Positions 1 to 8,526 of a stretch of 64,000 nucleotides of DNA are shown here, in pieces (within the stretch, counting starts at the first letter, position 1; the number at the start of each line of letters is the position of its first letter). Both the position numbers and the translations under genes were made by a program. The notes beneath the pieces are model-generated. The model ran no database searches and was not told the origin of the DNA. It saw only the letters and a program-made list of their open reading frames with translations. The DNA comes from Bacillota bacterium (GTDB taxonomy: Bacteria > Bacillota > Sulfobacillia > JACIYH01): assembly GCA_030019365.1 (NCBI GenBank), contig JASEFA010000001.1:398953-462952 (forward strand), given 5' to 3'.

Positions 1-108
1 TCTCAGCCGCCGGGCGAGGATGTCGACGCTTACCCCCACCCCCAGCTCGCCCTCCAGGACCTGCAGGTTACCGTCCAGCTTCTTCTGCAGCTTCTGTTCC
101 CGATCCAT
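1..108 (-). CDS. spoVAF: Spore germination protein (GerA/SpoVAF family), N-terminus only; runs off the window
   Basis: ATG at 108 reads MDREQKLQKKLDGNLQVLEGELGVGVSVDILARRLR with no stop; directly follows spoVAE, the usual spoVAF position. Confidence 0.7.
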   Translation of the reverse strand, partial: MDREQKLQKKLDGNLQVLEGELGVGVSVDILARRLR

Positions 109-111
109 CCC

Positions 112-462
112 CTAGCCCCGGGGGTTGAACAGCACGCTCATCAGCCAGGCGAAGAGGATGGCGGCAGAAAGCCCCAGGGCGGTGGCCCGCAGGCCCCCGG
201 TGAGAAGACCCACCACACCCTTGTGGGCCACGTCCTCCGCTACTCCCTGCACCAGGGTGTGACCGAACCCCGCCAGGGGGATGCTGGCCCCCGCCCCCGC
301 TCTCTGCACCAGGGGGCCATACAGGCCCAGGGAGCTGGTCACCGCACCCAGGACGACGAAGAGCACCATGACATGGGCGGGCTGAATCTTGGCGAGATCC
401 AGGACGAGCTGGGCCAGGGCACACATGGCCCCTCCCACCAGGAAAGCCACCAGGACCTGCAC
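112..462 (-). CDS. spoVAE: Stage V sporulation protein AE (SpoVAC/SpoVAEb family)
   Basis: 116 aa hydrophobic; AFLVGGAMCALAQ, GAGASIPLAGFG, FNPRG terminus. Confidence 0.92.
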   Translation of the reverse strand: MQVLVAFLVGGAMCALAQLVLDLAKIQPAHVMVLFVVLGAVTSSLGLYGPLVQRAGAGASIPLAGFGHTLVQGVAEDVAHKGVVGLLTGGLRATALGLSAAILFAWLMSVLFNPRG

Positions 463-495
463 GTGCCGTTCCCCTCCGGTGGCCTATTCTCCGCC

Positions 496-1749
496 CTACC
501 CGTGGTCCCTATGCATGGCCTTGGCCAGGGCGCCCACGTCGGGTGGGATGTGGATGGGCTCTCCCGCCGCCCGCATGGCGCCGGCCACGTCCTTGAGGCC
601 GTTTCCGGTGATGATGCCCACCACCACTTCGTTGCGGCCGACGATGCCCTCGCGCACGGCGCGGGCCAGGCCCGCGAACCCCGCTGCGGCCGCCGGCTCG
701 GCAAAGAGACCCCCGGTGGATCCCAGGAGCCGCATGGCCTCCAGGATCTCGCCGTCGCTGACGGTGATCATCTCGCCGCCGGATTTCTTTACTGCGCGCA
801 GGGCCTTCACCGGGTTGCGCGGCACCCCCACCGCGATGCTGTCCGCCATCGTCTCCTCCGGCTCGGGGACGATCTCTTCCCGGCCCGCCCGGTAGGCCCG
901 GTAGATGGGGGCGCACCCTTCCGCCTGCGCCCCCAGGAGGCGGGGCACCCGGTCGATGAGGCCGCACGCGGCCAGGTCCCCGAAGCCCTTCCCCACTCCC
1001 GCTATGGTGCAACCGTCGCCGACGGACACGACCACCCAGTCGGGGACCCGCCAGCCCATTTGTTCGGCGATCTCCAGGGATACTGTCTTCTTGCCCTCCA
1101 CCAGGTAGGGGTTGAGGGCGGCGTTGCGGTTGTACCACCCCCAGCGGCGGATTGCCTCCATGGAGAGGCGGAAGGCATCCTCATAGTTGCCCCTGACGCT
1201 CACCACCGTGGCCCCAAAAAGGAGCAGTTGGGCCAGCTTGCCCTTGGGAGCCCGCTCCGGCACGAAAATGTAGCTGGGGATGCCGGCCGAGGCGGCATTG
1301 CCGGCCAGGGACGACCCGGCATTGCCGGTGGAAGAGCAGGCGACGGCGGAGGCGCCCGCCTCCATCGCCTTCACCACCCCCAGAGCGGAGGCCCGGTCCT
1401 TGAGGGAGCAGGTGGGATTGAGCCCGTCGTCCTTGACGTAGACCTCCCTGAGACCCACCGCCCGCGCGTAGCGGTCCGCCCGGTACAGGGGGGTCCAGCC
1501 CACCCGCAGGGCGGGCCGGGGGGTGGATGGCTCGCAGGGAAGCAGGGGCAGGTAGCGCCACATGCTCAGGTCCCTGTCCGCAGCCAGGGTCTCCCGGGTC
1601 AGCCGGGACCGGACGTAATCGTAGTCGAAGAGGACGTCCAGGATGCCCTGTTCCCCGCAACGGAGACAGGTGTACGTCTCCGGCGTCGCTTCCTCCATGC
1701 CCCCACACAGGGTGCACTGCAACCCCACCACGTTTCCTCTCACGATCAT
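496..1749 (-). CDS. thrC: Threonine synthase-family PLP enzyme
   Basis: N-terminal CxxC..CxxC, NPTCSLKDR PLP lysine, SSTGNAG, VGDG, AEPAAA, ITGNGLKD. Confidence 0.85.
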   Translation of the reverse strand: MIVRGNVVGLQCTLCGGMEEATPETYTCLRCGEQGILDVLFDYDYVRSRLTRETLAADRDLSMWRYLPLLPCEPSTPRPALRVGWTPLYRADRYARAVGLREVYVKDDGLNPTCSLKDRASALGVVKAMEAGASAVACSSTGNAGSSLAGNAASAGIPSYIFVPERAPKGKLAQLLLFGATVVSVRGNYEDAFRLSMEAIRRWGWYNRNAALNPYLVEGKKTVSLEIAEQMGWRVPDWVVVSVGDGCTIAGVGKGFGDLAACGLIDRVPRLLGAQAEGCAPIYRAYRAGREEIVPEPEETMADSIAVGVPRNPVKALRAVKKSGGEMITVSDGEILEAMRLLGSTGGLFAEPAAAAGFAGLARAVREGIVGRNEVVVGIITGNGLKDVAGAMRAAGEPIHIPPDVGALAKAMHRDHG

Positions 1750-1921
1750 ACCCCCAGTAAGCAGTTGTGAACCTGCTGCAGGCTGTTCAGCAGGCTAATT
1801 CAACGGCCCCATCCCGACTCCTCCCGCTCCGCCTCCTGCCCGCGGCGGCACGATGGGCCTGGCGTCGGGACGCACCCACCCCCGCCCGGACGGCACAGCC
1901 TCCCCCCGGGTGCGAGCAAGC

Positions 1922-1977
1922 AGGAAACCCGGTAGGCGCCCGCGAATCATACCGGCAATGCATATGCAGACCTGCAT
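1922..1977 (+). promoter_or_regulatory. Possible sigma-H promoter plus TGCAT/ATGCA half-sites (ArgR-like?) upstream of the arcE-like gene
   Basis: AGGAAAC-N15-GAAT at 1922-1947; TGCATATGCA and ATGCAGACCTGCAT palindromes at 1959-1977. Confidence 0.3.
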
Positions 1978-1999
1978 AAAGTGGGAGGGGGAGGAGAAA

Positions 2000-3364
2000 A
2001 TGAGCGCGCCGCCCACCCGAGTTATCATCATGGGGGCTGCCGGCCGGGACTTCCACGACTTCAACACCGTGTTCCGGGACGATCCCCGCTACCGGGTGGT
2101 GGCGTTCACCGCCACCCAGATCCCCGACATCGCCAACCGCAGTTATCCTCCCGAGCTGGCGGGCTCCCTGTACCCGGAGGGTATCCCCATCTACGCCGAA
2201 GAGGAGTTGCCCCGCCTGATCCGGGAAATGGAAGTTGCTGCGGTGGTCTTCTCGTACAGCGACGTCAGTCACCTGCATGTAATGCACCGGGCGTCCCTGG
2301 TGCTGGCCGCCGGTGCGGACTTCTGGCTCCTGGGGCCGCACCGCACCATGCTCCGGGCCCATCGCCCCGTGCTGGCCGTGGTGGCCGCCCGCACGGGATC
2401 GGGCAAGAGCCAGACCTCCCGCAAGCTGGTGGCTCTCCTGAGAGAGAGGGGATGGCGGGTGGTGGTGGTCCGTCATCCCATGCCGTACGGTGACCTGCGC
2501 CGCCAGGTGTGCCAGCGGTTCGCCTCCTACCGCGATCTGGAGGAATACAGGTGCACCATCGAGGAGCGGGAGGAGTACGAGCCCCACCTGGACCGGGGCG
2601 CCATCGTCTACGCGGGGGCGGACTACGCCCGCATCCTCCGCGCCGCCGAAGAGGAGGCGGACGTCATCCTCTGGGACGGTGGCAACAACGACCTCCCCTT
2701 CTTCCGGCCGGACTATGTGGTGTGCGTGGTGGACCCCCACCGCGCCGGCCACGAGATTTCCTATCATCCAGGCGAGACCAACGTGCGCCTGGCCCAGGCG
2801 GTGGTCATCAACAAGGTGGACACCGCCCGCCCCGAAGACGTGCTGGCCGTGCGCAACAACGTGGCGGCAGTGAACCCCGGGGCCCTCATCATCGAGGCCG
2901 CCTCTCCCGTGTTCGCGACCGACCCCGCGCTGGTGCGGGGTCGCCGGGTCCTGGTGGTGGAGGATGGGCCCAGCGTCACCCACGGGGAGATGCCTTACGG
3001 CGCGGGTACCGTGGCCGCCCGGCGCTGGGGAGCGGCGGAGCTGGTCGACCCCCGACCGTACGCGGTGGGTAGCATCAGAGAGGTCTACGAAAAGTACCCG
3101 CACCTGGAGCGGGTGCTGCCGGCCATGGGATACAGCCCCGGGCAGGTGCGGGAACTGGAAGCCACCATCAACGCCACCCCCGCCGACGTGGTCATCGTGG
3201 CAACCCCCATCGACCTGGGCCGGCTGATCACCATCGACAGGCCGGCCCTCCGGGTGAGGTACGAGCTCCAGGAAGTGGGCAAGCCGGACCTGGGCGATGT
3301 GGTCGCCCTTTTCGCGGACGTCTGCCTGACGTCCCCAGTGGGTCAGGCGGCGCCGGGGAAGTAG
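2000..3364 (+). CDS. P-loop ATPase of the arginine synthetase (ArcE) family, commonly annotated GTPase / cyclic 2,3-diphosphoglycerate synthase
   Basis: GAAGRDFHDFN, AFTATQIP, RTGSGKSQTSR, RHPMPYG, CTIEEREEYE, WDGGNND, EDGP; RBS GAGGAG before ATG 2000. Confidence 0.75.
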   Translation: MSAPPTRVIIMGAAGRDFHDFNTVFRDDPRYRVVAFTATQIPDIANRSYPPELAGSLYPEGIPIYAEEELPRLIREMEVAAVVFSYSDVSHLHVMHRASLVLAAGADFWLLGPHRTMLRAHRPVLAVVAARTGSGKSQTSRKLVALLRERGWRVVVVRHPMPYGDLRRQVCQRFASYRDLEEYRCTIEEREEYEPHLDRGAIVYAGADYARILRAAEEEADVILWDGGNNDLPFFRPDYVVCVVDPHRAGHEISYHPGETNVRLAQAVVINKVDTARPEDVLAVRNNVAAVNPGALIIEAASPVFATDPALVRGRRVLVVEDGPSVTHGEMPYGAGTVAARRWGAAELVDPRPYAVGSIREVYEKYPHLERVLPAMGYSPGQVRELEATINATPADVVIVATPIDLGRLITIDRPALRVRYELQEVGKPDLGDVVALFADVCLTSPVGQAAPGK

Positions 3365-3777
3365 CGATCCAGCAGCCCCTTCAGAGCGCGGGCGTGGCGC
3401 GCTTCATCGCGGGAAGTCTCGTCGAAGAAGTCGTGGGCGGGATCCACGCCTGCCTCTTTGGCCCGCACGGCCGCTTCCCGCTTACCGCGGTTGGCCATCT
3501 GCTCACCGGCCAGCATCTTCTTGACGTTTTCGGCGGTGGAGTCCGAAATCATGCCGGCCAGCTCGGCGTAACCGGCCGCGTGCCAGGCCTCCTCCCGGGC
3601 GATGCGGACCAGAGCCTCGGCCACCTCGGGGTAACCCTCGCGATATGCCTGCCTGGCCATGGCCAGGTACAGCCCCACCTCCGAGGTTTCGCCGCGGAAG
3701 TTCTGGTCCACCGCTTCCTCGACCACCGTTCCCCTGGCCACCCCCAGCCTGACCTCGTTGATCAGATCCAGTGCCAT
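3343..3777 (-). CDS. Rubrerythrin-like di-iron protein without rubredoxin domain
   Basis: GETSEVGLYLAMARQA, EEAWH and DEARH ExxH motifs; no CxxC. Confidence 0.85.
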   Translation of the reverse strand: MALDLINEVRLGVARGTVVEEAVDQNFRGETSEVGLYLAMARQAYREGYPEVAEALVRIAREEAWHAAGYAELAGMISDSTAENVKKMLAGEQMANRGKREAAVRAKEAGVDPAHDFFDETSRDEARHARALKGLLDRYFPGAA

Positions 3778-3780
3778 TCC

Positions 3781-4248
3781 TCAAACCTCCTCTCCGGTTT
3801 GCGGGGGTTTTCCCTCTTCCCGCCGGCAGGCGGGGCAGTAACCGTAGAAGCAGGAATCCTGGGCGCGGATGTCCCAGGCCGACCGGGCCGCCACCCGCTC
3901 TCCCAGCTCCCCGAGCAGGGCGTCCAGGTCGCCGTCGCAGTCGTCCACCCGCCCGCAACCCCGGCACACCAGGTGTACATGGGGAGCCACGTTGGCGTCA
4001 TAGCGGTAAACGTTGTCCTCCATGCTGATGCGGCGGAGCACTCCCGCATCCTCCAGGGAGTGCAGAGTCTGGTAGACGGTGTTCAGGCTCAGCCCGGGGT
4101 AGGCGGGCTTCAGCTCCCGGTACACCATCTCCGGGCTGGGGTGAGCCTTGCTCCCGCGCAGCAGGCGCAGGATGGACACCCGCTGCGGGGTGACGCGCAG
4201 GGCGGCCGACCTCAGAATGTCCTGCTCTGTCCCCGCCGCTCTCCTCAT
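3781..4248 (-). CDS. Fur-family regulator, PerR-like
   Basis: TPQR, HPS, SLNTVY, HVHLVCRGC, CPAC; upstream of rubrerythrin. Confidence 0.88.
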   Translation of the reverse strand: MRRAAGTEQDILRSAALRVTPQRVSILRLLRGSKAHPSPEMVYRELKPAYPGLSLNTVYQTLHSLEDAGVLRRISMEDNVYRYDANVAPHVHLVCRGCGRVDDCDGDLDALLGELGERVAARSAWDIRAQDSCFYGYCPACRREEGKPPQTGEEV

Positions 4249-4272
4249 CCGGGATTACCCCCTCCGCAATAA

Positions 4273-4301
4273 ATACTACCTAGGAATAGATACCGTGTCA
4301 A
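4273..4301 (-). promoter_or_regulatory. Sigma-A promoter for perR-rubrerythrin
   Basis: TTGACA-17 nt-TAGTAT on the minus strand. Confidence 0.75.
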
Positions 4302-4377
4302 GGGGGGGTGGCGAAAAAGACGCCGGGCCCGCCACCGTCGGGGAAAGGTTAGACGGAAAGGACCAATTATCCTGTAA

Positions 4378-5391
4378 TCAGGCGGGGACTTCCACCGCCA
4401 CGGCGTGGGCGACCGCCGCGATCTCCTGCCCCTGCTTCCAGGAGGTGGGGCTGAAGAGGGCTCCGGTGGGAACCAGCAGCAGCCGCCTGATCTCCCCGGC
4501 CACCAGCCGGGGTACCAGGTAGGAGGTGAACACCACCGCCGAGCAGCCGCACCCCGACCCGCCCGCGTTGACCTGCTGGCGGTTGCGGTCGTAAACGAGG
4601 ATACCGCAGTCCACGAAGTTCTCGCCCAGTGCCAGGCCGCGGTCAGCGAGGAGCTTCCGGCAGATGGGGTGGCCCACCGCCCCCAGGTCGCCGGTGGCTA
4701 TGAGGTCGTAGTCGGCGGGCAGACGGCCCGTGTCCTGCAGGTGCTGCCAGATGGTTTCGGCGGCGGCAGGGGCCATGGCCGAGCCCAGGTCGGAAGGATC
4801 CTTCAAACCCATGGAGATCACCTTCCCCACGGTGGCGTGGGTGAGGCGGGGGCCGGGCCCAGAAAGTCCCAGCAGCACCGCCCCCGCCCCCGTCACCGTC
4901 CGCTGGGTGGTGGGGGGCCGCTGGACCCCCAGTTCGGTGGGGTAGCGATACTGCCTCTCGGCGGTGTCGTGGTGACTGGCGCAGGCCGTGAGCACGCAGC
5001 CGGCGAAGCCGCCGTCCAGGAGCATCCCCCCCAGCGCCAGCCCTTCGGCCAGGGTGGAGCAGGCCCCAAAGAGCCCCAGGAAGGGGACGCCCAGGGTCTG
5101 GGCGGAGAAGTTGGCGGTGATTATCTGGTTGAGCAGGTCCCCGGCCAGGAAGAAGTCCACCTCCCGGGGGCTCTTCCCCACCTTCTTGATGGCCAGGTCG
5201 CAGGCTTCCTCGCACAGGAGCTTCTCCGCCAGCTCCCACGACTTCTGCCCCAGCAGCCGGTCCTGCTTCACCACGTCGAAGTGCTGGCCGAGCGGTCCCT
5301 CACCTTCTTCCGGCCCGACCACGCTGGCCGTGCTCAGGATGATGGGTGGCTGCGCGAACGCCACCGTTTGCTGCCCCAGCCTCTTGGACAA
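4378..5391 (-). CDS. spoVAD: Stage V sporulation protein AD
   Basis: AGDLLNQ, GLFGACST, AERQYRYPTE, MAPAA, TGDLG, AGGSGCGCSA. Confidence 0.96.
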   Translation of the reverse strand: MSKRLGQQTVAFAQPPIILSTASVVGPEEGEGPLGQHFDVVKQDRLLGQKSWELAEKLLCEEACDLAIKKVGKSPREVDFFLAGDLLNQIITANFSAQTLGVPFLGLFGACSTLAEGLALGGMLLDGGFAGCVLTACASHHDTAERQYRYPTELGVQRPPTTQRTVTGAGAVLLGLSGPGPRLTHATVGKVISMGLKDPSDLGSAMAPAAAETIWQHLQDTGRLPADYDLIATGDLGAVGHPICRKLLADRGLALGENFVDCGILVYDRNRQQVNAGGSGCGCSAVVFTSYLVPRLVAGEIRRLLLVPTGALFSPTSWKQGQEIAAVAHAVAVEVPA

Positions 5392-5425
5392 ACCGCTCTC
5401 CTCCCTCCCGCAGCGGTCCCCGCCC

Positions 5426-5881
5426 TCACGGGTGACCGGTGATCAGCCAGCGCAGGAGCACCACCAGCACCGCCGCCACCAGCCCGTAGACGATCACCGG
5501 ACCGGCTATGGTGAACAGCTTGGCCCCCACCCCCAGTACGTATCCCTCCCGCTTGTACTCTAGCGCCGGCGAAACCATGGAGTTGGCAAAGCCGGTGATG
5601 GGCAGGGCAGCCCCCATCCCCCCCACCCGGCCGATGACGTCATACACTCCCAGTCCGGTCAGGAGCGCGCCCCAGAAGACCATGAACCCGGATGTGGCTG
5701 CCAGGGCTTCCTTCTGGGGCATACCCCGGCCCAGGAGGTACGAGAGGAACAGCTGGGCCAGGGCACATATCGCGCCCCCGATCAGGAAGGCCAGCACCGT
5801 GTTTCTGAAGATGGGACGACGCGGCTGCATGGCCCGCGCCGTCTCCTGGTAGGCCTGCTGCGGAGACTTCCCCTGTACCAC
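5426..5881 (-). CDS. spoVAC: Stage V sporulation protein AC
   Basis: PITGFANS, EYKREGYVLGVGAKLFTIAGPVIVYG. Confidence 0.95.
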   Translation of the reverse strand: MVQGKSPQQAYQETARAMQPRRPIFRNTVLAFLIGGAICALAQLFLSYLLGRGMPQKEALAATSGFMVFWGALLTGLGVYDVIGRVGGMGAALPITGFANSMVSPALEYKREGYVLGVGAKLFTIAGPVIVYGLVAAVLVVLLRWLITGHP

Positions 5882-5883
5882 GG

Positions 5884-6120
5884 TCAGGCCCCCGGTTCGA
5901 TGTTCCGCCTCTGATTGTCCACCACGAACGCGACCTTCACGTTGGCCCGGTACTCGGACACCTGCTGTCCCCGCACCTCCGCCGTCCAGTTGACCACCTC
6001 GACCCCGGTGATGTTCTTCACGGTACGGGCGGCCTCCGTCACCGCGTTCTGCACCGCTTCCTGAAAGCTACTGGGCGAGTTTCCCACCAGTTCCAGCACC
6101 TTGACCACGGGCACCTGCAT
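5884..6120 (-). CDS. Dodecin-family protein
   Basis: VVKVLELVGNSPSSFQEAVQNAV...EYRANVKVAF; between sigF and spoVAC as in Clostridia. Confidence 0.9.
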   Translation of the reverse strand: MQVPVVKVLELVGNSPSSFQEAVQNAVTEAARTVKNITGVEVVNWTAEVRGQQVSEYRANVKVAFVVDNQRRNIEPGA

Positions 6121-6847
6121 CAGCCTCCTTCACGACCACTAGTTTGTGCCGGTCGCAGTCGCTGGTATGCCATGCCAGCATTTCGCGCAACCGGGCCAGG
6201 GCCCGCTGTTCCAGGCGGGAAACCTGGGGCTGGGAAATCCCCAGGCGAGTCGCCATCTCCTCCTGGGTGAGGTCCTCGAAGTAGCGCCCCCGGACGATGG
6301 CCTGCTCCCGCGGTTCCAGTCGCGCCAGGGCCAGGGCGAGGTCCAGGGTCTCCTCGTCGGGGGGGCCGCCGGCAGGCGGATCACCGGCCCGACTCGCGCC
6401 GCCGGGCGGGCCCCACCCCAACCGGGCGAGGGGTGCACCCTCCTCCAGGGAACGGGGCGGCAGGCAGGCTTCCTCGGCGGCCACCAGGTCGGCGGGCTCC
6501 ACCCCCAGGGCGGCCGCCACCTCCCCCAGGGAAGGTTCTGCTCCTTTTTCCTGGGCCAGCAGGGCGCGCACCTCCCGGGCCCGGGCCACCATCTCCCGGG
6601 TCGCCCCCGGCATCTTCACCCCTGTGGCCTCACGCAGGTGGCGTCGCATTTCTCCCAGGATGACGGGCACCGCATAGGTGGAAAAGGCCGTTCCCCGCGC
6701 CGGGTCATACCTTTTCCAGGCCTTGACCAGGCCCAGGCAACCCGCGGCGAACAGGTCTTCGCGCTCGGGTCCCCGCACCCCCAGCCGGTTGACCAGCGAC
6801 CACACAAGGGGGAAGTGGTTTTCGACCCCGGAGTCTTCCCGTTCCAC
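6068..6847 (-). CDS. sigF: Forespore sigma factor sigma-F (divergent, C-terminally extended)
   Basis: EDLF..GCLGLVKA, FSTYAVPVILGEMRR, TQEE..LGISQPQVSRLE; third gene of the spoIIA operon. Confidence 0.85.
   Translation of the reverse strand: MEREDSGVENHFPLVWSLVNRLGVRGPEREDLFAAGCLGLVKAWKRYDPARGTAFSTYAVPVILGEMRRHLREATGVKMPGATREMVARAREVRALLAQEKGAEPSLGEVAAALGVEPADLVAAEEACLPPRSLEEGAPLARLGWGPPGGASRAGDPPAGGPPDEETLDLALALARLEPREQAIVRGRYFEDLTQEEMATRLGISQPQVSRLEQRALARLREMLAWHTSDCDRHKLVVVKEADAGARGQGAGTGGKLAQ
6140..6170 (-). promoter_or_regulatory. Putative forespore (sigma-G/F) promoter for dodecin-spoVA
   Basis: GCATA...CACAAACTA about 20 nt before the dodecin start; spacing imperfect. Confidence 0.4.
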
Positions 6848-6856
6848 GCTCCCCGC

Positions 6857-7291
6857 TCACCCCTGCTCGCGTCCCGGTCGCTTGATGAGGGACACGCGGG
6901 TGCCACGCCCGGGTTCTGACCACACCTCCACCTTGTCCATGAAAGATTCCATGAAGGTGAACCCTAGGCCCATGCGATCGGGATCGGTGGTGAAGCTGGC
7001 CTCGCGGGCCCGGGTCACGTCGACGATGCCCACTCCCCTGTCCTCCACCTCTACGGCCAGCTCCCCCGCGTCCACCCGGGCCCGCACCTTCACCGGGCCC
7101 CGCCCCCCCGGGTACGCGTGGACCACGGCATTGGTGACCGCCTCGGACACGGCCACCTTCACCTCCTCCAGTTCCGCCCAGGTGAATCCCAGCTGGGCGG
7201 CAAAGGAGGCCACCGCCACCCGCGCCACCCCCGCATTGGCGGGCAGAGAGAGGAACTCCATGTGCAGGTAGTTGTGGTCTCCCACTCCCAT
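6857..7291 (-). CDS. spoIIAB: Anti-sigma-F factor / kinase
   Basis: VAVSEAVTNAVVHAY, EDRGVGI, GLGFTFMESFMD; RBS GGAGG. Confidence 0.95.
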   Translation of the reverse strand: MGVGDHNYLHMEFLSLPANAGVARVAVASFAAQLGFTWAELEEVKVAVSEAVTNAVVHAYPGGRGPVKVRARVDAGELAVEVEDRGVGIVDVTRAREASFTTDPDRMGLGFTFMESFMDKVEVWSEPGRGTRVSLIKRPGREQG

Positions 7292-7668
7292 CAGGCCACC
7301 TCCCCCCCGGTCTCGCCGCCCAGCGCTGCCAGGGCTTTGCGTTCGGAATCGAAAAGCGGGATGAGCCGGGACACCCCGGAAACTTCCAGCACCGCCTTCA
7401 CGCGTCCGCCCGCGCCCGCCGCCGCCATGCGGCCGCCCCGTTCCTGGAGCCACCGGTATCGGCCCAGGATGGCACCCAGACCGGTGCTGTCCAGGAAGGC
7501 CAGCTGCCGCAATGCCAGGACCACCACCCTCGCCCCCGAGTCGCGCACGGCCTGATCGGCCCTCTGGCGGAACGTCTCCGCGGTGTAGACATCGAGTTCA
7601 CCCGACAGACGCAGTACCAGCACCCGCCCCACGACTTCCTCCTTCACCTCAAGCCCGCATGCCGGCAA
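7291..7668 (-). CDS. spoIIAA: Anti-anti-sigma factor (STAS)
   Basis: RLSGELD, FLDSTGLGAILGRYR; start uncertain. Confidence 0.93.
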   Translation of the reverse strand: MPACGLEVKEEVVGRVLVLRLSGELDVYTAETFRQRADQAVRDSGARVVVLALRQLAFLDSTGLGAILGRYRWLQERGGRMAAAGAGGRVKAVLEVSGVSRLIPLFDSERKALAALGGETGGEVA

Positions 7669-7694
7669 ACTGAAAATCCCCCCGGAGGGGGAGA

Positions 7695-7719
7695 CTTCTC
7701 CTTCCGGAAAGTTTTTCCT
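7695..7719 (-). promoter_or_regulatory. Sigma-H promoter of spoIIA
   Basis: AGGAAAA-N14-GAAG upstream of spoIIAA, the expected position. Confidence 0.6.
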
Positions 7720-7727
7720 TCCAGCAA

Positions 7728-8477
7728 CTAGGGCGCGTGCCCGGAGGGAGGCGGGGCAATGGGCTCGGGCCGGCTGTGGGGAAACGGCGAACGGGATAGG
7801 ATCACGATGTCCACACGCCGGTTGCGGGCCCGGTTGGCTTCGGAGTCGTTGGGGAACATGGGCTGGTACTCCCCATAGCCAACGGCCAGGAAGCGGCGGG
7901 GGTTCAGCCCGTGGCGGTCCACGAAGTAGCGGACCACGCTGGTTGCCCGGCGTACGGAAAGCTCCCAGTTGGTGGGGAAGATGGTGGTGTTGATGGGCAG
8001 GTCGTCCGTGGAGCCTTCCACGCTGACGTAGTTGGGCACGCGGGTGAGGGCGACAGCTACCCGGTCCAGGATGGCGGCGGCTTCCGGGCGGATGTCAGCT
8101 TTGCCCAGGTCAAAGAGTACTGCCCCGTACAGGCTGATCACCACTCCCCGCTCGGTGCGAAACACGGCACCCTGCCCCTCCAGACCCGTCTCGGCCAGGG
8201 CCTGCGCCACCTCCTCCCCCACTGCCTGCAGCGGCTCAGGGGGAGCCTCCGTCCCCTGCATGGGCAGATCGATGAAGGAGTTGCCCACCAGGGCGCCGCG
8301 CAGGCTGTATGCCAGGGCACGGTACTTCCCCACGTCCACGCTGGACATGGCGTACATCACGATGAAGAAGGCCATGAGCAGGGTGATGAGGTCGGCATAG
8401 GTGAGCAGCCACCGCATCATGCCGGTGGCGTCGTGACCGCCGCCTCCTGCCTCCCCACCCCGCCGGGGTCGCCTCAA
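7728..8477 (-). CDS. motB: Flagellar stator protein MotB (OmpA-like peptidoglycan-binding domain)
   Basis: RWLLTYADLITLLMAFFIVMYAMS, NWELSVRRA, GYGEYQP, NRRVDI; TTG start at 8477 with RBS. Confidence 0.92.
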   Translation of the reverse strand: MRRPRRGGEAGGGGHDATGMMRWLLTYADLITLLMAFFIVMYAMSSVDVGKYRALAYSLRGALVGNSFIDLPMQGTEAPPEPLQAVGEEVAQALAETGLEGQGAVFRTERGVVISLYGAVLFDLGKADIRPEAAAILDRVAVALTRVPNYVSVEGSTDDLPINTTIFPTNWELSVRRATSVVRYFVDRHGLNPRRFLAVGYGEYQPMFPNDSEANRARNRRVDIVILSRSPFPHSRPEPIAPPPSGHAP

Positions 8478-8526
8478 GCCCCTTCCTCCCCCCTCCACCG
8501 GGGTCGCCTCAAGCCGCTTCCTCCCC
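8463..8526. repeat. Tandem duplication (29-bp unit, 35-bp period) at the motA/motB junction
   Basis: ccggggtcgcctcaagcc(c/g)cttcctcccc at 8463-8491 and 8498-8526. Confidence 0.9.

Noticed and set aside
1764..1804. Inverted repeat CCTGCTG/CAGCAGG upstream of thrC as a T-box or riboswitch
   Set aside because: No T-box or known aptamer consensus; at most an unassigned hairpin or operator
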